Part shown: piece after piece, positions 50,257-59,554 of the stretch
How positions within the stretch are numbered: the first letter of the stretch is position 1
Layout: each line of letters begins with the position of its first letter
Assembly: GCA_035651195.1 (NCBI GenBank)
Contig: DASRGD010000051.1
Location: 27,476-91,475, forward strand
Source: Gaiellaceae bacterium
Lineage (GTDB): Bacteria > Actinomycetota > Thermoleophilia > Gaiellales > Gaiellaceae
DNA length: 64,000 bases
Reading direction: 5' to 3'
Program-made: the position numbers and the translations under genes
Notes under the pieces: generated by a model
The model's input: the letters and a program-made list of their open reading frames with translations, nothing else
The model's database searches: none
What the model was told of the DNA's origin: nothing

Positions 50257-51669
50257 TCAGGCCGGGGCCGGCGCGCGGAGCTCGCGCCGAAGCAGGCCGA
50301 GGAACAGCCACCCGAGCATCGGCACGAACGAGAAGAAGCGGTAGTCGAGCGTGGCGCCGTTGATCGCGAGCAGCAGGATGCTCGCCAGTCCGGCGACGAG
50401 GAACCAGCGATCGGCGACTGCGGTGCGGAGCCGGCGGACCGCGCCGGCGCCGATCGCGAGCCACGGGAAAAAGAAGAGGACGAACCCGACGACGCCGTAC
50501 TCGACGAGCATCGTCAGGAAGGTGTCGTGGCTCGTCGACTGCAGCGCCTGCGCGAGCGGAACCGTCCCCGACGGGACGGCGACGTCGTACTTGACGCGGT
50601 CGAACGAGTCGTAGCCCCAGCCCAGGATCGGTCGCTTCTCGATCAGCTTGACGGAGACGTCCTGCAGCACCAGGCGCGCCTCCACGTTCTGCTTCTGGGC
50701 GAACCGCGTCTGGTACACGGCGGAGCTCCGGATCTGCGGCCAGAACACGACGAGGAGGAGCACCACCACCGCGACCACGCCGAGGCCGACGACACGCGAG
50801 CGTTTGCTCAGCAGCAGCACGAGCAGCGCGGCGACGACGGTGGCGAGGATCGGTCCGCGCGTCTTCGTCGCATAGAGGCCCGGCAGACCGACGACGAGCA
50901 TGATCCCGGCGAGGCGGTGGAGCTGCCGCGGGCCCGTCCAGCACAGGATCGCGAGCGCGAGCACGATGCCGACGCCGATGAACGCGCCGGTGACCGCCGG
51001 ATTGGCGAGCGTCGCGATCGCCCGGGTGTCGCCCGGGTTCTGCCAGCGCGTGTCCTGCCAGAGGTTCCAGCCCGTCGCCCACTCGACGGCGGCCATTGCG
51101 GCCTGCAGCGCCGCAGCGAGGAGCAGGACGCGGGCGACCGCCGTGCGCGAGAACGCTCTGCCGCGCCAGAAGGCGACCAGGTAGTAGACGATGACGCCGA
51201 GGGCGACGTTCTGGTAGAGCGCACGCAGCGTTCCGACCGCGCCCGATCGCAGCTCGCCGCTCGCCGTGACGACGAGCGACCCGACCACGAATGCGACGTA
51301 GACCGCAGGTAGGAGGTCGACCCACCGGCGTCCGAGCCTCTTGCCGTCGCTCGTGAAGAACTTGACGACGAGAACGAGCGGCGGCGCCGTGTAGAGGGCG
51401 AGCGCAAGGGCGTGGCCGACTCGACTATTCGAAGCCGACTCCTGGAAGAGAGGGGCGAGAAACAGCCAGCCGAGAAACAGCTGCGTGCTCGTGATCGTGA
51501 ACAGGATCGCGGCGCCCGCCGCGGCGAGCAGCAGCGCCAGCGGCTTCGGAATGCCGACGCTCATCCCGGCGATCGAGTGGCCGGCGGTCGCGCCGACGAC
51601 GCCGACGACGACCGGAGGGAGAAGCCGCGTGAGGACGGTGGCGGGGCGTCCCGCCCTAGCGATCGTCAT
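50257..51669 (-). CDS. O-antigen ligase/polymerase-family (Wzy_C-like) integral membrane protein (second copy in locus)
   Basis: 470 aa, about 10-12 TM segments. It has the motif LYATKTRGPILA and a periplasmic loop with HDTFLTMLVEYG. GGGAGGTGG SD upstream. Confidence 0.75.
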   Translation of the reverse strand: MTIARAGRPATVLTRLLPPVVVGVVGATAGHSIAGMSVGIPKPLALLLAAAGAAILFTITSTQLFLGWLFLAPLFQESASNSRVGHALALALYTAPPLVLVVKFFTSDGKRLGRRWVDLLPAVYVAFVVGSLVVTASGELRSGAVGTLRALYQNVALGVIVYYLVAFWRGRAFSRTAVARVLLLAAALQAAMAAVEWATGWNLWQDTRWQNPGDTRAIATLANPAVTGAFIGVGIVLALAILCWTGPRQLHRLAGIMLVVGLPGLYATKTRGPILATVVAALLVLLLSKRSRVVGLGVVAVVVLLLVVFWPQIRSSAVYQTRFAQKQNVEARLVLQDVSVKLIEKRPILGWGYDSFDRVKYDVAVPSGTVPLAQALQSTSHDTFLTMLVEYGVVGFVLFFFPWLAIGAGAVRRLRTAVADRWFLVAGLASILLLAINGATLDYRFFSFVPMLGWLFLGLLRRELRAPAPA

Positions 51670-51699
51670 GCGCCACCTCCCGACATCGCCGGTCCCGCC

Positions 51700-52437
51700 C
51701 TAGCGAAAACGGTCGAACCGTACGATCCGGTGGCGTTCGAGCTGTTCCGATTGCGACTCGTGGAAATCGACGAGCTCTTCGCGAAGCAGCTCGAACATGC
51801 GCTCCGGCTCGGTCGTGATGCGGCGCCAGTGGTTGACGACGACGATCGCACCGCCGGGTGCCGTGCGCGCTGCCATCGCTCTCGCGCTCGCCCGGATGTC
51901 GTCCTCGGTGAAGTAGGTGAGAACGTCCGAGCAGACGATCAAGTCGAACCGCCCCGGGGGCATCTGATCCGGCAGCGTGCAGCGCTCGCACCGCACGTGC
52001 GCGAATTCGGCGACTCGCGCGCGCGCCCGCTCGACGGCGATCTCCGAGATGTCCACCGCCAGCAGCGCGCCGCAGCGCGGAGCAAGCATTCGCGTGAACA
52101 CACCGCTCGCGCACGCGAGCTCGAGCACGGACGCGCCGGGGCGCGGATCGCAGACGGCGAGCGTCCGCTCGTACTTCACGAGCTCCCACTCGTTCGTCGC
52201 GAACCCGTACGGGTCGTCCTCCGAGGCGGCGAAGTGTCGCTCGAAGAACGCGGCATCCTTGACCGGCCCCGCTTGCCGCTCCGCGACCACGGCCACCGGC
52301 AGCCACGGCGCCTTGACCGCTAGCCGCCGCCGCCACTCGGCGGGCAGCAGAGCTCGCGACGTCCCGGCGATCGTGGCTCGGACGCCGCGTCGCAGGTAAT
52401 CCCTTGCCACCGTGAGGCTGTCGAGTGAGCGTGTCAT
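51700..52437 (-). CDS. SAM-dependent methyltransferase (NodS-like)
   Basis: Contains DPYGFATNEWELVKYERTL (NodS-type N-terminus), motif I LELACASG, and IVCSDVLTY. Confidence 0.75.
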   Translation of the reverse strand: MTRSLDSLTVARDYLRRGVRATIAGTSRALLPAEWRRRLAVKAPWLPVAVVAERQAGPVKDAAFFERHFAASEDDPYGFATNEWELVKYERTLAVCDPRPGASVLELACASGVFTRMLAPRCGALLAVDISEIAVERARARVAEFAHVRCERCTLPDQMPPGRFDLIVCSDVLTYFTEDDIRASARAMAARTAPGGAIVVVNHWRRITTEPERMFELLREELVDFHESQSEQLERHRIVRFDRFR

Positions 52438-52571
52438 CGTGAACGCCGCCGTGTGCCGGTACTGCGGCGACCCGCCGCCACATCGGCGACGAATCTACAT
52501 AGTACGGCCCTGCCGAAAGGGCGCCCGGATCTCGCCGAGTCGGGCGTCGCCCGAGCTTCCCGAGCGCCGCT

Positions 52572-52913
52572 TCAGGCGATCAGGGAAAGCACGAGGACCG
52601 AGGTCGCGACCGCCGCGACGGCGGCGAGGCCGAACAGAGCCCCCAGGACGATCTGCCAGGCCGCGTAGAGCAGGATCGCGGCGGCGGTGCGCGAGGCGAT
52701 GCGGCCACCGACGTCCGATGCTGCGTCCGCCCCGGCCGCGTCCGTCGCTCTCGCCACGAACGTCGGCAGCTCGAGCTTCTGCTGCCACAGCGCCGCTACC
52801 GCGAGCGTCCGGAGCTCAGGCGCGACGAGGACGAGCTCGGGCGAGATCGGCTCGCTCGGCTCGATGCCGAACGGCCCCGGAACGCTCCCCTGCTCGACGA
52901 GGAGGACCGCCAT
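52572..52913 (-). CDS. Hypothetical small membrane protein
   Basis: 113 aa with high GC3 in this frame and C-terminal TM segment(s) (AAAILLYAAWQIVLGALFGLAAVAAVATSVLVLSLIA). I recognise no family. Confidence 0.4.
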   Translation of the reverse strand: MAVLLVEQGSVPGPFGIEPSEPISPELVLVAPELRTLAVAALWQQKLELPTFVARATDAAGADAASDVGGRIASRTAAAILLYAAWQIVLGALFGLAAVAAVATSVLVLSLIA

Positions 52914-53156
52914 CGTCCGTCTTCTACGCCGCTGCCGTCGCCCCTCCTGCCCGGCGGCTTCTCGGTCACTGCGCGCCGTCGCGCCACGCGCTCGCGGAGA
53001 AGCGCCGGATCGCCGCCCGATCCGGCGCTTCCCTTCGACACGGCCTCCCCGTCAGAGGCCGTCCTGACTCGACGCACGTTACGGACGTCGCCGCTACTTG
53101 ATCTTCCCCCGGCAGGTGGTTCATCGCCGCGCTTCACTCCGGCCGGCGGACCGCGG

Positions 53157-54278
53157 CTACTCCGTGCCCGCGAGCGCGAGCAGGTGACGCATCCGCGCCG
53201 CGGCGAGCTCGGGGTCGACGAGCAGCCCCGCCTCCCCGGCGAGCCGGTAGACCTCGCGGAGGTGCCCGATCGAGCGCGCGCTCTCGAGGCCGTCGAGCAT
53301 CCGGAAGTGCGGCTGCAGGCCGTTCAGGAACGCGACGAGCGTGAGGCCGACCTTGTAGTGGTAGGTCGGCGGCTCGAAGATCGTGCGCGCGAGCGGCAGC
53401 GTCGGCTCCAGGATCCGCTCGAACTCGTCGCCGTCGCCGGCGTCGAGGGCGACGAGCGCCGTCGCGGCGGCGGGAGCGATCGCGTCGAGCACGCCGAGCA
53501 GCGCATCGCTGTACCGCTCGCCGTCGCCGCGGATCAGGCGCGGGTAGTCGAGATCGTCGCCGGTGTACAGCCGCACGCCCGCCGGGAGGCGGGCGCGCAT
53601 CGCGAGCTCGCGCGACTGGGCGAGCAGCGACAGCTTGACGCCGTCGACACGGGCCGCGTTCTCGCGCACGATCTCGAGCAAGACGTCGGCAGCCGCGTCG
53701 AGGTCGTCGTGGCCCCAGTAGCCTGCGAGCGCAGGGTCGAACACGTCGCCGAGCCAGTGGATGATCGCCGGCGCACGCACCTGCGACAGCACGGCGCCGT
53801 AGACGCTCAGGTAGTCGTCGGGGCCGCGCGCGATGCGTGCGAGCTCGCGGCTCGCCATCAGGCAGACGCGTCCGCCGAGACCCTCGACGAACGAGAGCTG
53901 CTCTTCGTATGCCGTCTCGACGTCACGAAGCGAGCGCGCGGAGCCTGGCTCGAGCTGGTCGGTCTGGACGCCGACGACGAGGTCGCCGCCGCAGGCGCGC
54001 GCGTCGGCGATCGTGTGCGGGATGAGCTCGCGGGCGTCGGCCCACGAGAGCCCCATGCCGCGCTGGGCCGTGTCCATCGCCTCGGCGACGCCGAGCCCCC
54101 ACGACCAGAGGTGGCGCCGGACCGCGAGCGTCGCCTCGACGTCGATGCGGTCGGGCGCGCTCGCCCCGCCTGAGGTCGTGTCGGCGACGACGTGCGCAGC
54201 CGCGAGCAGCCGCCGCGAGGTCGGCTTCGTCGCCGGCGGGACGAACGTGCTCGGCTCGTAGACCGCGACGCCCGCCAT
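53157..54278 (-). CDS. DUF993-family protein (DHDPS-like TIM-barrel fold), tentative
   Basis: 373 aa from MAGVAVYEP. The ATG shares one base with the upstream TGA. Overall length and blocks fit my memory of DUF993. Confidence 0.55.
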   Translation of the reverse strand: MAGVAVYEPSTFVPPATKPTSRRLLAAAHVVADTTSGGASAPDRIDVEATLAVRRHLWSWGLGVAEAMDTAQRGMGLSWADARELIPHTIADARACGGDLVVGVQTDQLEPGSARSLRDVETAYEEQLSFVEGLGGRVCLMASRELARIARGPDDYLSVYGAVLSQVRAPAIIHWLGDVFDPALAGYWGHDDLDAAADVLLEIVRENAARVDGVKLSLLAQSRELAMRARLPAGVRLYTGDDLDYPRLIRGDGERYSDALLGVLDAIAPAAATALVALDAGDGDEFERILEPTLPLARTIFEPPTYHYKVGLTLVAFLNGLQPHFRMLDGLESARSIGHLREVYRLAGEAGLLVDPELAAARMRHLLALAGTE

Positions 54279-55267
54279 CACCGCAGCTCCGGGACGACGC
54301 GGCGACCGAGCAGGTGCAGCATCTCCGTCATCTGCTTCGGCTCGAGGCCCGGCAGCTTCAGCCGCACGACCAGCTCCGTCGTCGCGAGCTCCTCGACGCA
54401 GGCGGCGAGCTGCTCCGCGACGGTCTCGGGGTCGCCGACGACGAGCCGGTCGGCGGCCAGGTCGCGGTCGTCGACGATCGCGCGGCCGCTCGACTCGCGC
54501 CCGACGAGCACGTGGTCGCTCTCGACGTACGTCGCCCGGTACGCCTTCAGGACGCTGCGCGCAGCGAGCTCCCACGCCGCTTCGTCCGTCTCGGCGACGA
54601 TCACGTCGCGGATGAGCGGCCGGGCGCGGGCGAGCGGGTCCTCGCCGCGCGCGCGCACGTGCTCGTCGTACGCCGCTTGCCGCTCGCGAATCTCGGCGAA
54701 CGTCCCGACCGGGCCGGGGAGCCAGGCGTCGCCGAGCCGCGCCGCGCGCTCGAGCTGCTTCGGGCCCCAGCCGCCGATCCAGACCGGCGGCCCGCCGGTG
54801 CGCAGCGGCGGCGTCCGGAGCCGGACGTCCTCGAGCTCGTAGAAGCGGCCACGGAAGGTCAGCGGCTCGCCGGACCAGAGCCCGCGGACGATCGCGAGCT
54901 GTTCCTCGGCACGCGCGCCGCGCTGCTTCGCCGGGACGCGGAAGAGCGCGAACTCGGCCGCGTCGTCGCCGAGCCCGAAGCCGAGGGTCAGCCGGCCGCC
55001 AGTCAGGTGGTCGAGGATCGCGCCCTGCTCGGCGACGTGCACCGGGTCGTACAACGGCAGGACGAGGATCGCCGTGCCGATCGCGAGGCCGTCGAGGTGC
55101 GGTGCGAGCGCGGCGATCGCCAGCAGCGGCGTCGGCCAGTACGGACCGGCGTCGTGGTGCTCCTCGATCCAGACCGCGTCGAAGCCGTACTCGCGTGCGA
55201 GCCGGACGTGCTCGATCGCCTCCGCGAGGTGCGCCGGCCCGTGCGCCGGCACGATCCCGAACCGCAT
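54278..55267 (-). CDS. LLM-class flavin/F420-dependent oxidoreductase
   Basis: MRFGIVPAHGP...GFDAVWIEEHH..., with luciferase-like blocks. TGATG junction with the upstream peptidase gene. Confidence 0.8.
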   Translation of the reverse strand: MRFGIVPAHGPAHLAEAIEHVRLAREYGFDAVWIEEHHDAGPYWPTPLLAIAALAPHLDGLAIGTAILVLPLYDPVHVAEQGAILDHLTGGRLTLGFGLGDDAAEFALFRVPAKQRGARAEEQLAIVRGLWSGEPLTFRGRFYELEDVRLRTPPLRTGGPPVWIGGWGPKQLERAARLGDAWLPGPVGTFAEIRERQAAYDEHVRARGEDPLARARPLIRDVIVAETDEAAWELAARSVLKAYRATYVESDHVLVGRESSGRAIVDDRDLAADRLVVGDPETVAEQLAACVEELATTELVVRLKLPGLEPKQMTEMLHLLGRRVVPELR

Positions 55268-56490
55268 CACCGCGCCGCGACCCAGAGCTCGCCCGCGTGC
55301 GGCAGCGTCAGCTCCTCGTACCCGCCCGGCCGCACGGCGAACGTATCCTCGATCACGAGCACCCCCTGGTCGTTCGGGAGCGTCACCCACGGCTCGATGC
55401 AGAGGACCATGTTCTCCTCGATCGGCGTGTCGTTGGCCGGTGAGAGCATCGGCGGCTCGTGCACGTCGAGGCCGATTCCGTGCCCGACCATGTCGATGTG
55501 GGCAGGCAGGCCCGCCTCGTCGAACGCGCCGCGCACGGCGCGGTAGAGCTCCGAGGCGAGGACGCCCGGCTTCAGCAGCTCGAGCGCGCGCCGCCGCGCC
55601 TCGACCACGGTCCGGTACACCGACGCGTGCAGCTCGGACGGCTCGCCGATCGCGATCACCCGCGCCGTGTCGCTCGAGTAGCCGTCGAGGACGATGCCGG
55701 CGTCGACGACGAGCAGGTCGCCGCGCCCGATCGGGCGGTCCTTCGGATACGTGTCGGTCATCGAGTACCGATCGCGCCCGGCGCGGAAGTTCAGGAACAG
55801 GCGGTCCTCCTCGCCGGCGTCGTCCTGGATCATCGCCCGGCGCAGGAAGGCCCCTGCCTCGAGCTCGCTCATGCCGAGCCGCAGGTAGCCGCGCAGCTGC
55901 TCCTGGGCCCTGTTCGTGGCGACGGCGGCGCGGCGCAGGCGGTCGATCTCCCGTTCCGACTTGATCATGCGGACGTCCCAGATCGTGTCGCCGGCGTTGA
56001 CCCAGGTCGCGTCGGCGAGCGCGCGGCGCAGCGTCTCCCACTGGCCGATCGGCAGCCCGAGCAGCATCTCGTGTCCCGCCTCGAAGCCGATCCGCCTGCC
56101 GCCGTAGCCGCGCTCGCGCACGACCTCGGCGACGAGGTTCGCGAAGTCGTCGGGGTTCGAGTGGCTCGCGCGGTGCAGGACGAAGTCGTCGAGCCAGGTC
56201 GTCTTCTCGGCCGTCCCGAGCCAGAAGTCGGGCAGCACCATCGTCGGCTCGTCCTCGTCGACGGCGACGAGCACGACCGCAGGCACGACCCCCTTCTGCA
56301 CCCACGCCATGCTCGAGAGGCCGCTGAAGTAGACGACGTTCTCGCGCTCCGTGAGCAGCAGCAGGTCGATCCCGTCGCGCTCCATCGCCGCGCGCGCCCG
56401 GCGGCAGCGCTCGTCGATCTCCGCCTTCGGGAAGTTCGGGTAGCTCGGCTCCGGGACGCGGCGGACTGGTGATCTCGCGGCAGTGCTCAC
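55267..56490 (-). CDS. M24-family metallopeptidase (Xaa-Pro dipeptidase/creatinase-like), paralog A
   Basis: Creatinase-like N-domain plus a pita-bread fold with metal ligands (VVDAGIVLDGYSSDTAR, GHGIGLDVHEPP, CIEPW, IEDT). Confidence 0.85.
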   Translation of the reverse strand: MSTAARSPVRRVPEPSYPNFPKAEIDERCRRARAAMERDGIDLLLLTERENVVYFSGLSSMAWVQKGVVPAVVLVAVDEDEPTMVLPDFWLGTAEKTTWLDDFVLHRASHSNPDDFANLVAEVVRERGYGGRRIGFEAGHEMLLGLPIGQWETLRRALADATWVNAGDTIWDVRMIKSEREIDRLRRAAVATNRAQEQLRGYLRLGMSELEAGAFLRRAMIQDDAGEEDRLFLNFRAGRDRYSMTDTYPKDRPIGRGDLLVVDAGIVLDGYSSDTARVIAIGEPSELHASVYRTVVEARRRALELLKPGVLASELYRAVRGAFDEAGLPAHIDMVGHGIGLDVHEPPMLSPANDTPIEENMVLCIEPWVTLPNDQGVLVIEDTFAVRPGGYEELTLPHAGELWVAAR

Positions 56491-56500
56491 GTAGCTCCTT

Positions 56501-57148
56501 TCACGTATACAGGCGTTCGCGCGCGCGTCGCTCGACGACCGAGATGAAGCGGATCAGCGGCATGCACGCGACGCCGTAGAGGACGATCACGACGGCGATC
56601 ACCGCGACGACGTGACCCGTCAGCTGCATGTCGTTCTGGCCGCGGTAGAGGATCTCCGGCACCCCGATCGCGGACGCGAGCGTCGCCGTCTTCAGCAGCG
56701 ACAGGAACGAGTTCAGTAGCGGCGCGACCATGTACAGCATCGCCTGCGGCAGCACGACGAAGGTCAGCGTCCCGAGCCGCGAGAAGCCGAGGCTCATGCC
56801 CGCGTCTCGCTGCGTACGCGGCACCGTGATCAGGCTCGCGCGGTAGTACTCGGCGTTGAACGACGCGTCGGCGACGCCGAGCACGACGATCGCCGCCGTC
56901 AGCCCGCCGACGTCGATCCCGAGCGACGGCAGCCCGAAGAAGACGAGGTAGAGAAGGATCAGCTGCGGCGTCGATCGCAGCAGCGCCGTCACCGACGCCG
57001 CCGCGAGCCGCACCGGCAGCATGCCGACGTCGCGCGCCATCGCGAAGGCGAGGCCGACCGTCGCCGAGACCGCCCACGCGCCCGCGGCGATCTCGAGCGT
57101 CGTGACGCCGCCGTGCAGGAGGTCGCTCGTGATCTCGCCGGTCGTCAT
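56501..57148 (-). CDS. Polar amino-acid ABC transporter permease (HisM/GlnP-like)
   Basis: 215 aa, 5 TM segments, with an EAA-type loop (YRASLITVPRTQRDAGMSLGFS). TGATG junction upstream. Confidence 0.85.
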   Translation of the reverse strand: MTTGEITSDLLHGGVTTLEIAAGAWAVSATVGLAFAMARDVGMLPVRLAAASVTALLRSTPQLILLYLVFFGLPSLGIDVGGLTAAIVVLGVADASFNAEYYRASLITVPRTQRDAGMSLGFSRLGTLTFVVLPQAMLYMVAPLLNSFLSLLKTATLASAIGVPEILYRGQNDMQLTGHVVAVIAVVIVLYGVACMPLIRFISVVERRARERLYT

Positions 57149-57828
57149 CAGTTGCGGGCGATGCTCGCCTTGTCGACGTGGAGCCCGTAGTAGCGCGTGA
57201 CCGCTTTCTCGGCGAGGCCGGCAAGCGCGGTGAAGGGCAGGATGACGACGAGGTAGAAGCCGGCGAGCAGGAGGTAGACCTGCAGCGGCTTGAACGTCTC
57301 CGAGACGAGCTGGTTCGCCACCTGCGTCACCTCCGGCACGGCGATCACCGACGCCAGCGAGCTGTCCTTGAACGTGAAGATGCTCATGTTCACGAGCCCG
57401 GGGATCGACGGCAGCACCGCCTGGGGCGCGATGATCCGCGCCAGCGCCGAGGTCCGCCGGAAGCCGAGGCTCGCCGCCGCCTCCCACTGCGTGCGCGGGA
57501 TTGCCTCGAGCCCGGCGCGGAAGATCTCCGACAGGAACGCGGCCTCGCCGAGCGTCAACGCGCCGACCGCCATCCAGAACGGGTCGACGTGCCAGCTCGC
57601 GATGTACTTGCCGAGCCCGTAGTAGGCGAAGATCAGGAGCGCCAGGATCGGGATGCTCCGCAGCAGGTCGACGACGAAGCGCGCCGTCCAGCGGACGAGC
57701 CGCCACCGGCTGATCGAGGCGACCGCGAACGCCGCGGCGACGACGACGCTGAAGCCGATCGTGTAGAGCGAGAGCCGCAGCGTCACCTGGAGCCCGACCC
57801 AGAGGATGTGCAGCCAGGACCACTGCAC
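57148..57828 (-). CDS. Polar amino-acid ABC transporter permease (HisQ/GlnP-like)
   Basis: 226 aa with loop FRAGLEAIPRTQWEAAASLGF. Confidence 0.85.
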   Translation of the reverse strand: MQWSWLHILWVGLQVTLRLSLYTIGFSVVVAAAFAVASISRWRLVRWTARFVVDLLRSIPILALLIFAYYGLGKYIASWHVDPFWMAVGALTLGEAAFLSEIFRAGLEAIPRTQWEAAASLGFRRTSALARIIAPQAVLPSIPGLVNMSIFTFKDSSLASVIAVPEVTQVANQLVSETFKPLQVYLLLAGFYLVVILPFTALAGLAEKAVTRYYGLHVDKASIARN

Positions 57829-58649
57829 TAGAGGCGATATCCCCAGCTCGCCTCGAGCTGCAGGATGTCTCGCGTCCGCTGCCGCTCCGGCGCCTCGAAC
57901 ATCCTCGCCGTCGGCCCCTGCTCGACGATCCGGCCGGCCTCCATGACGACGAGCCGGTCGGCGACCTGGCGTGCGAAACCGAGCTCGTGCGTGACGATCA
58001 CCATCGTCGTCCCCTCGCGCGCGAGCTCGGCCATCAACCGCAGCACCTCGCCCACCATCTCGGGGTCGAGCGCCGAGGTCGGCTCGTCGAAGAGGATGAG
58101 CTCGGGGTTCATCGCCAGCGCCCGCGCGATCGCGATCCGCTGCTTCTGGCCGCCGGAGAGGCGGTGCGGATGCGCGTTGGCGACGTGCGTGAGGCCGATC
58201 CGCTCCAGCAGCTGCATCGCGTTCGCCCGAGCCTCGGCCCGGCTGTGTCCGAGGATGCGCCGCGGCGCGAGCGTGATGTTGTCGAGCGCCGTCAGGTGCG
58301 GGAAGAGCTCGAAGTGCTGGAAGACCATCCCGATCCGCCGGCGGTAGCGGCGAAGGTTGATCGTCGCCGGTCGGTCCGGCCAGTCGCCGACGAGCTCCCC
58401 GCGGAAGAACAGCTTTCCGCGCGACGGCTCGATCAGCAGGTTGAAGCAGCGGATCAGGGTCGTCTTGCCGGACCCGCTCGGCCCGACGACGCAGACCTTC
58501 TCCCCCTCGGCGAGGCGGAAGTCGACGCCCTCGAGAACGCGTGTCGCGCCGAACGCCTTCTCGAGCGCCTGCACCTCGAGGAGCACGGCGTCAGGCCGGG
58601 CCGCCGACGTCCCCGGCGACCCGGCCTCGACTGTCCGCGCGTCGCCCAC
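57828..58649 (-). CDS. Polar amino-acid ABC transporter ATPase (GlnQ/HisP-like)
   Basis: Walker A GPSGSGKTT, signature LSGGQKQRIAIARAL, Walker B ILFDEPTSALD. Confidence 0.9.
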   Translation of the reverse strand: MGDARTVEAGSPGTSAARPDAVLLEVQALEKAFGATRVLEGVDFRLAEGEKVCVVGPSGSGKTTLIRCFNLLIEPSRGKLFFRGELVGDWPDRPATINLRRYRRRIGMVFQHFELFPHLTALDNITLAPRRILGHSRAEARANAMQLLERIGLTHVANAHPHRLSGGQKQRIAIARALAMNPELILFDEPTSALDPEMVGEVLRLMAELAREGTTMVIVTHELGFARQVADRLVVMEAGRIVEQGPTARMFEAPERQRTRDILQLEASWGYRL

Positions 58650-58656
58650 GAGCGGC

Positions 58657-59505
58657 TCAGCAGCCCTGCTTCGGCATCTGCCGCGGCGGGATCTGCGCGG
58701 CGAGCGTGCCGGGCGGCGCCCCTGCCGCCTGCAGCACCTTCGCCCACTGGCCGCTCGTCTCGAGCTTCGTCAGCGTCGCGTTCAGCGCTGCCGCGAGCGC
58801 CTTCGCCTTGCAGTTGACGATGTTGTAGCCGTAGCCCTTCGTGAAACCGGCCGCGATGCCGTACTGGCCGGGCTTGATGTTGTGCGGGACGACGTTCGGG
58901 TTCTTGTTGATCGGCGGCGTGAAGTACTGCGCGTCGGCCTCGAAGTACGCGTCGACCTGGCCGTTCAGGAAAGCCGTGCCCGCCTGCGATTGCGACGGGA
59001 ACTCGAGCAGGTTCGAGCCGAAGTACTTCTTCAGCGTCGGCGTCCAGACGACGCCGCTGACCGCGGCGACCTTCTTCCCCTTCAGGCTCGCCGGGCCGGT
59101 GTAGGCGAGGTCCTTCTTCGTGAACACCTGCAGCCCCTCGACGCTGAAGGGATAGGTGTAGTAGAGCGTCTTCGCCCGCTCCGGCGTGTAGTAGATGTCC
59201 ATCGTCACGTCGGCCTTGCCCTGCTGGACGGCGAGGATCGCCGAGGTGAACGTCGTCTGGAAGAGCTTGATCCTGAGGCCGTGCTCCTTCGCGAAGGCGT
59301 TGAACCAGGCGCCGCTCGTGCCGCCGATCGTGCCGTTCTTGTTGATGACGACGGTCGGGAAGCCGGTGCCGTAGGTGGCGATCGTCAGCTGCCCGGGGTG
59401 GACGAGCGGCAGGCTGGCAGCGCCGCCGCTCCGGGCCGCGCTCGCCCCGCCGGCGACGACCACGGCCGCGGCCAGGCTCACGACCGTCAGGTGTAGCAGT
59501 CTCAT
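58657..59505 (-). CDS. Amino-acid ABC transporter substrate-binding protein (family 3), secreted
   Basis: 282 aa with a signal peptide and the SBP_bac_3 layout (LTIATYGTGFPTV..., KADVTMDIYYTPERA). Confidence 0.85.
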   Translation of the reverse strand: MRLLHLTVVSLAAAVVVAGGASAARSGGAASLPLVHPGQLTIATYGTGFPTVVINKNGTIGGTSGAWFNAFAKEHGLRIKLFQTTFTSAILAVQQGKADVTMDIYYTPERAKTLYYTYPFSVEGLQVFTKKDLAYTGPASLKGKKVAAVSGVVWTPTLKKYFGSNLLEFPSQSQAGTAFLNGQVDAYFEADAQYFTPPINKNPNVVPHNIKPGQYGIAAGFTKGYGYNIVNCKAKALAAALNATLTKLETSGQWAKVLQAAGAPPGTLAAQIPPRQMPKQGC

Positions 59506-59554
59506 CGGGTGCGTCCTCCATTCGTTGATGTGATGCGTTGACGGGAAGGGCGTC

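Noticed and set aside
17517-52437. Glycan locus as a horizontally acquired genomic island or mobile element
   Set aside because: No integrase, transposase, flanking tRNA or direct repeats were seen. Base composition looks uniform by eye across its borders. I cannot exclude this without computing compositional statistics.
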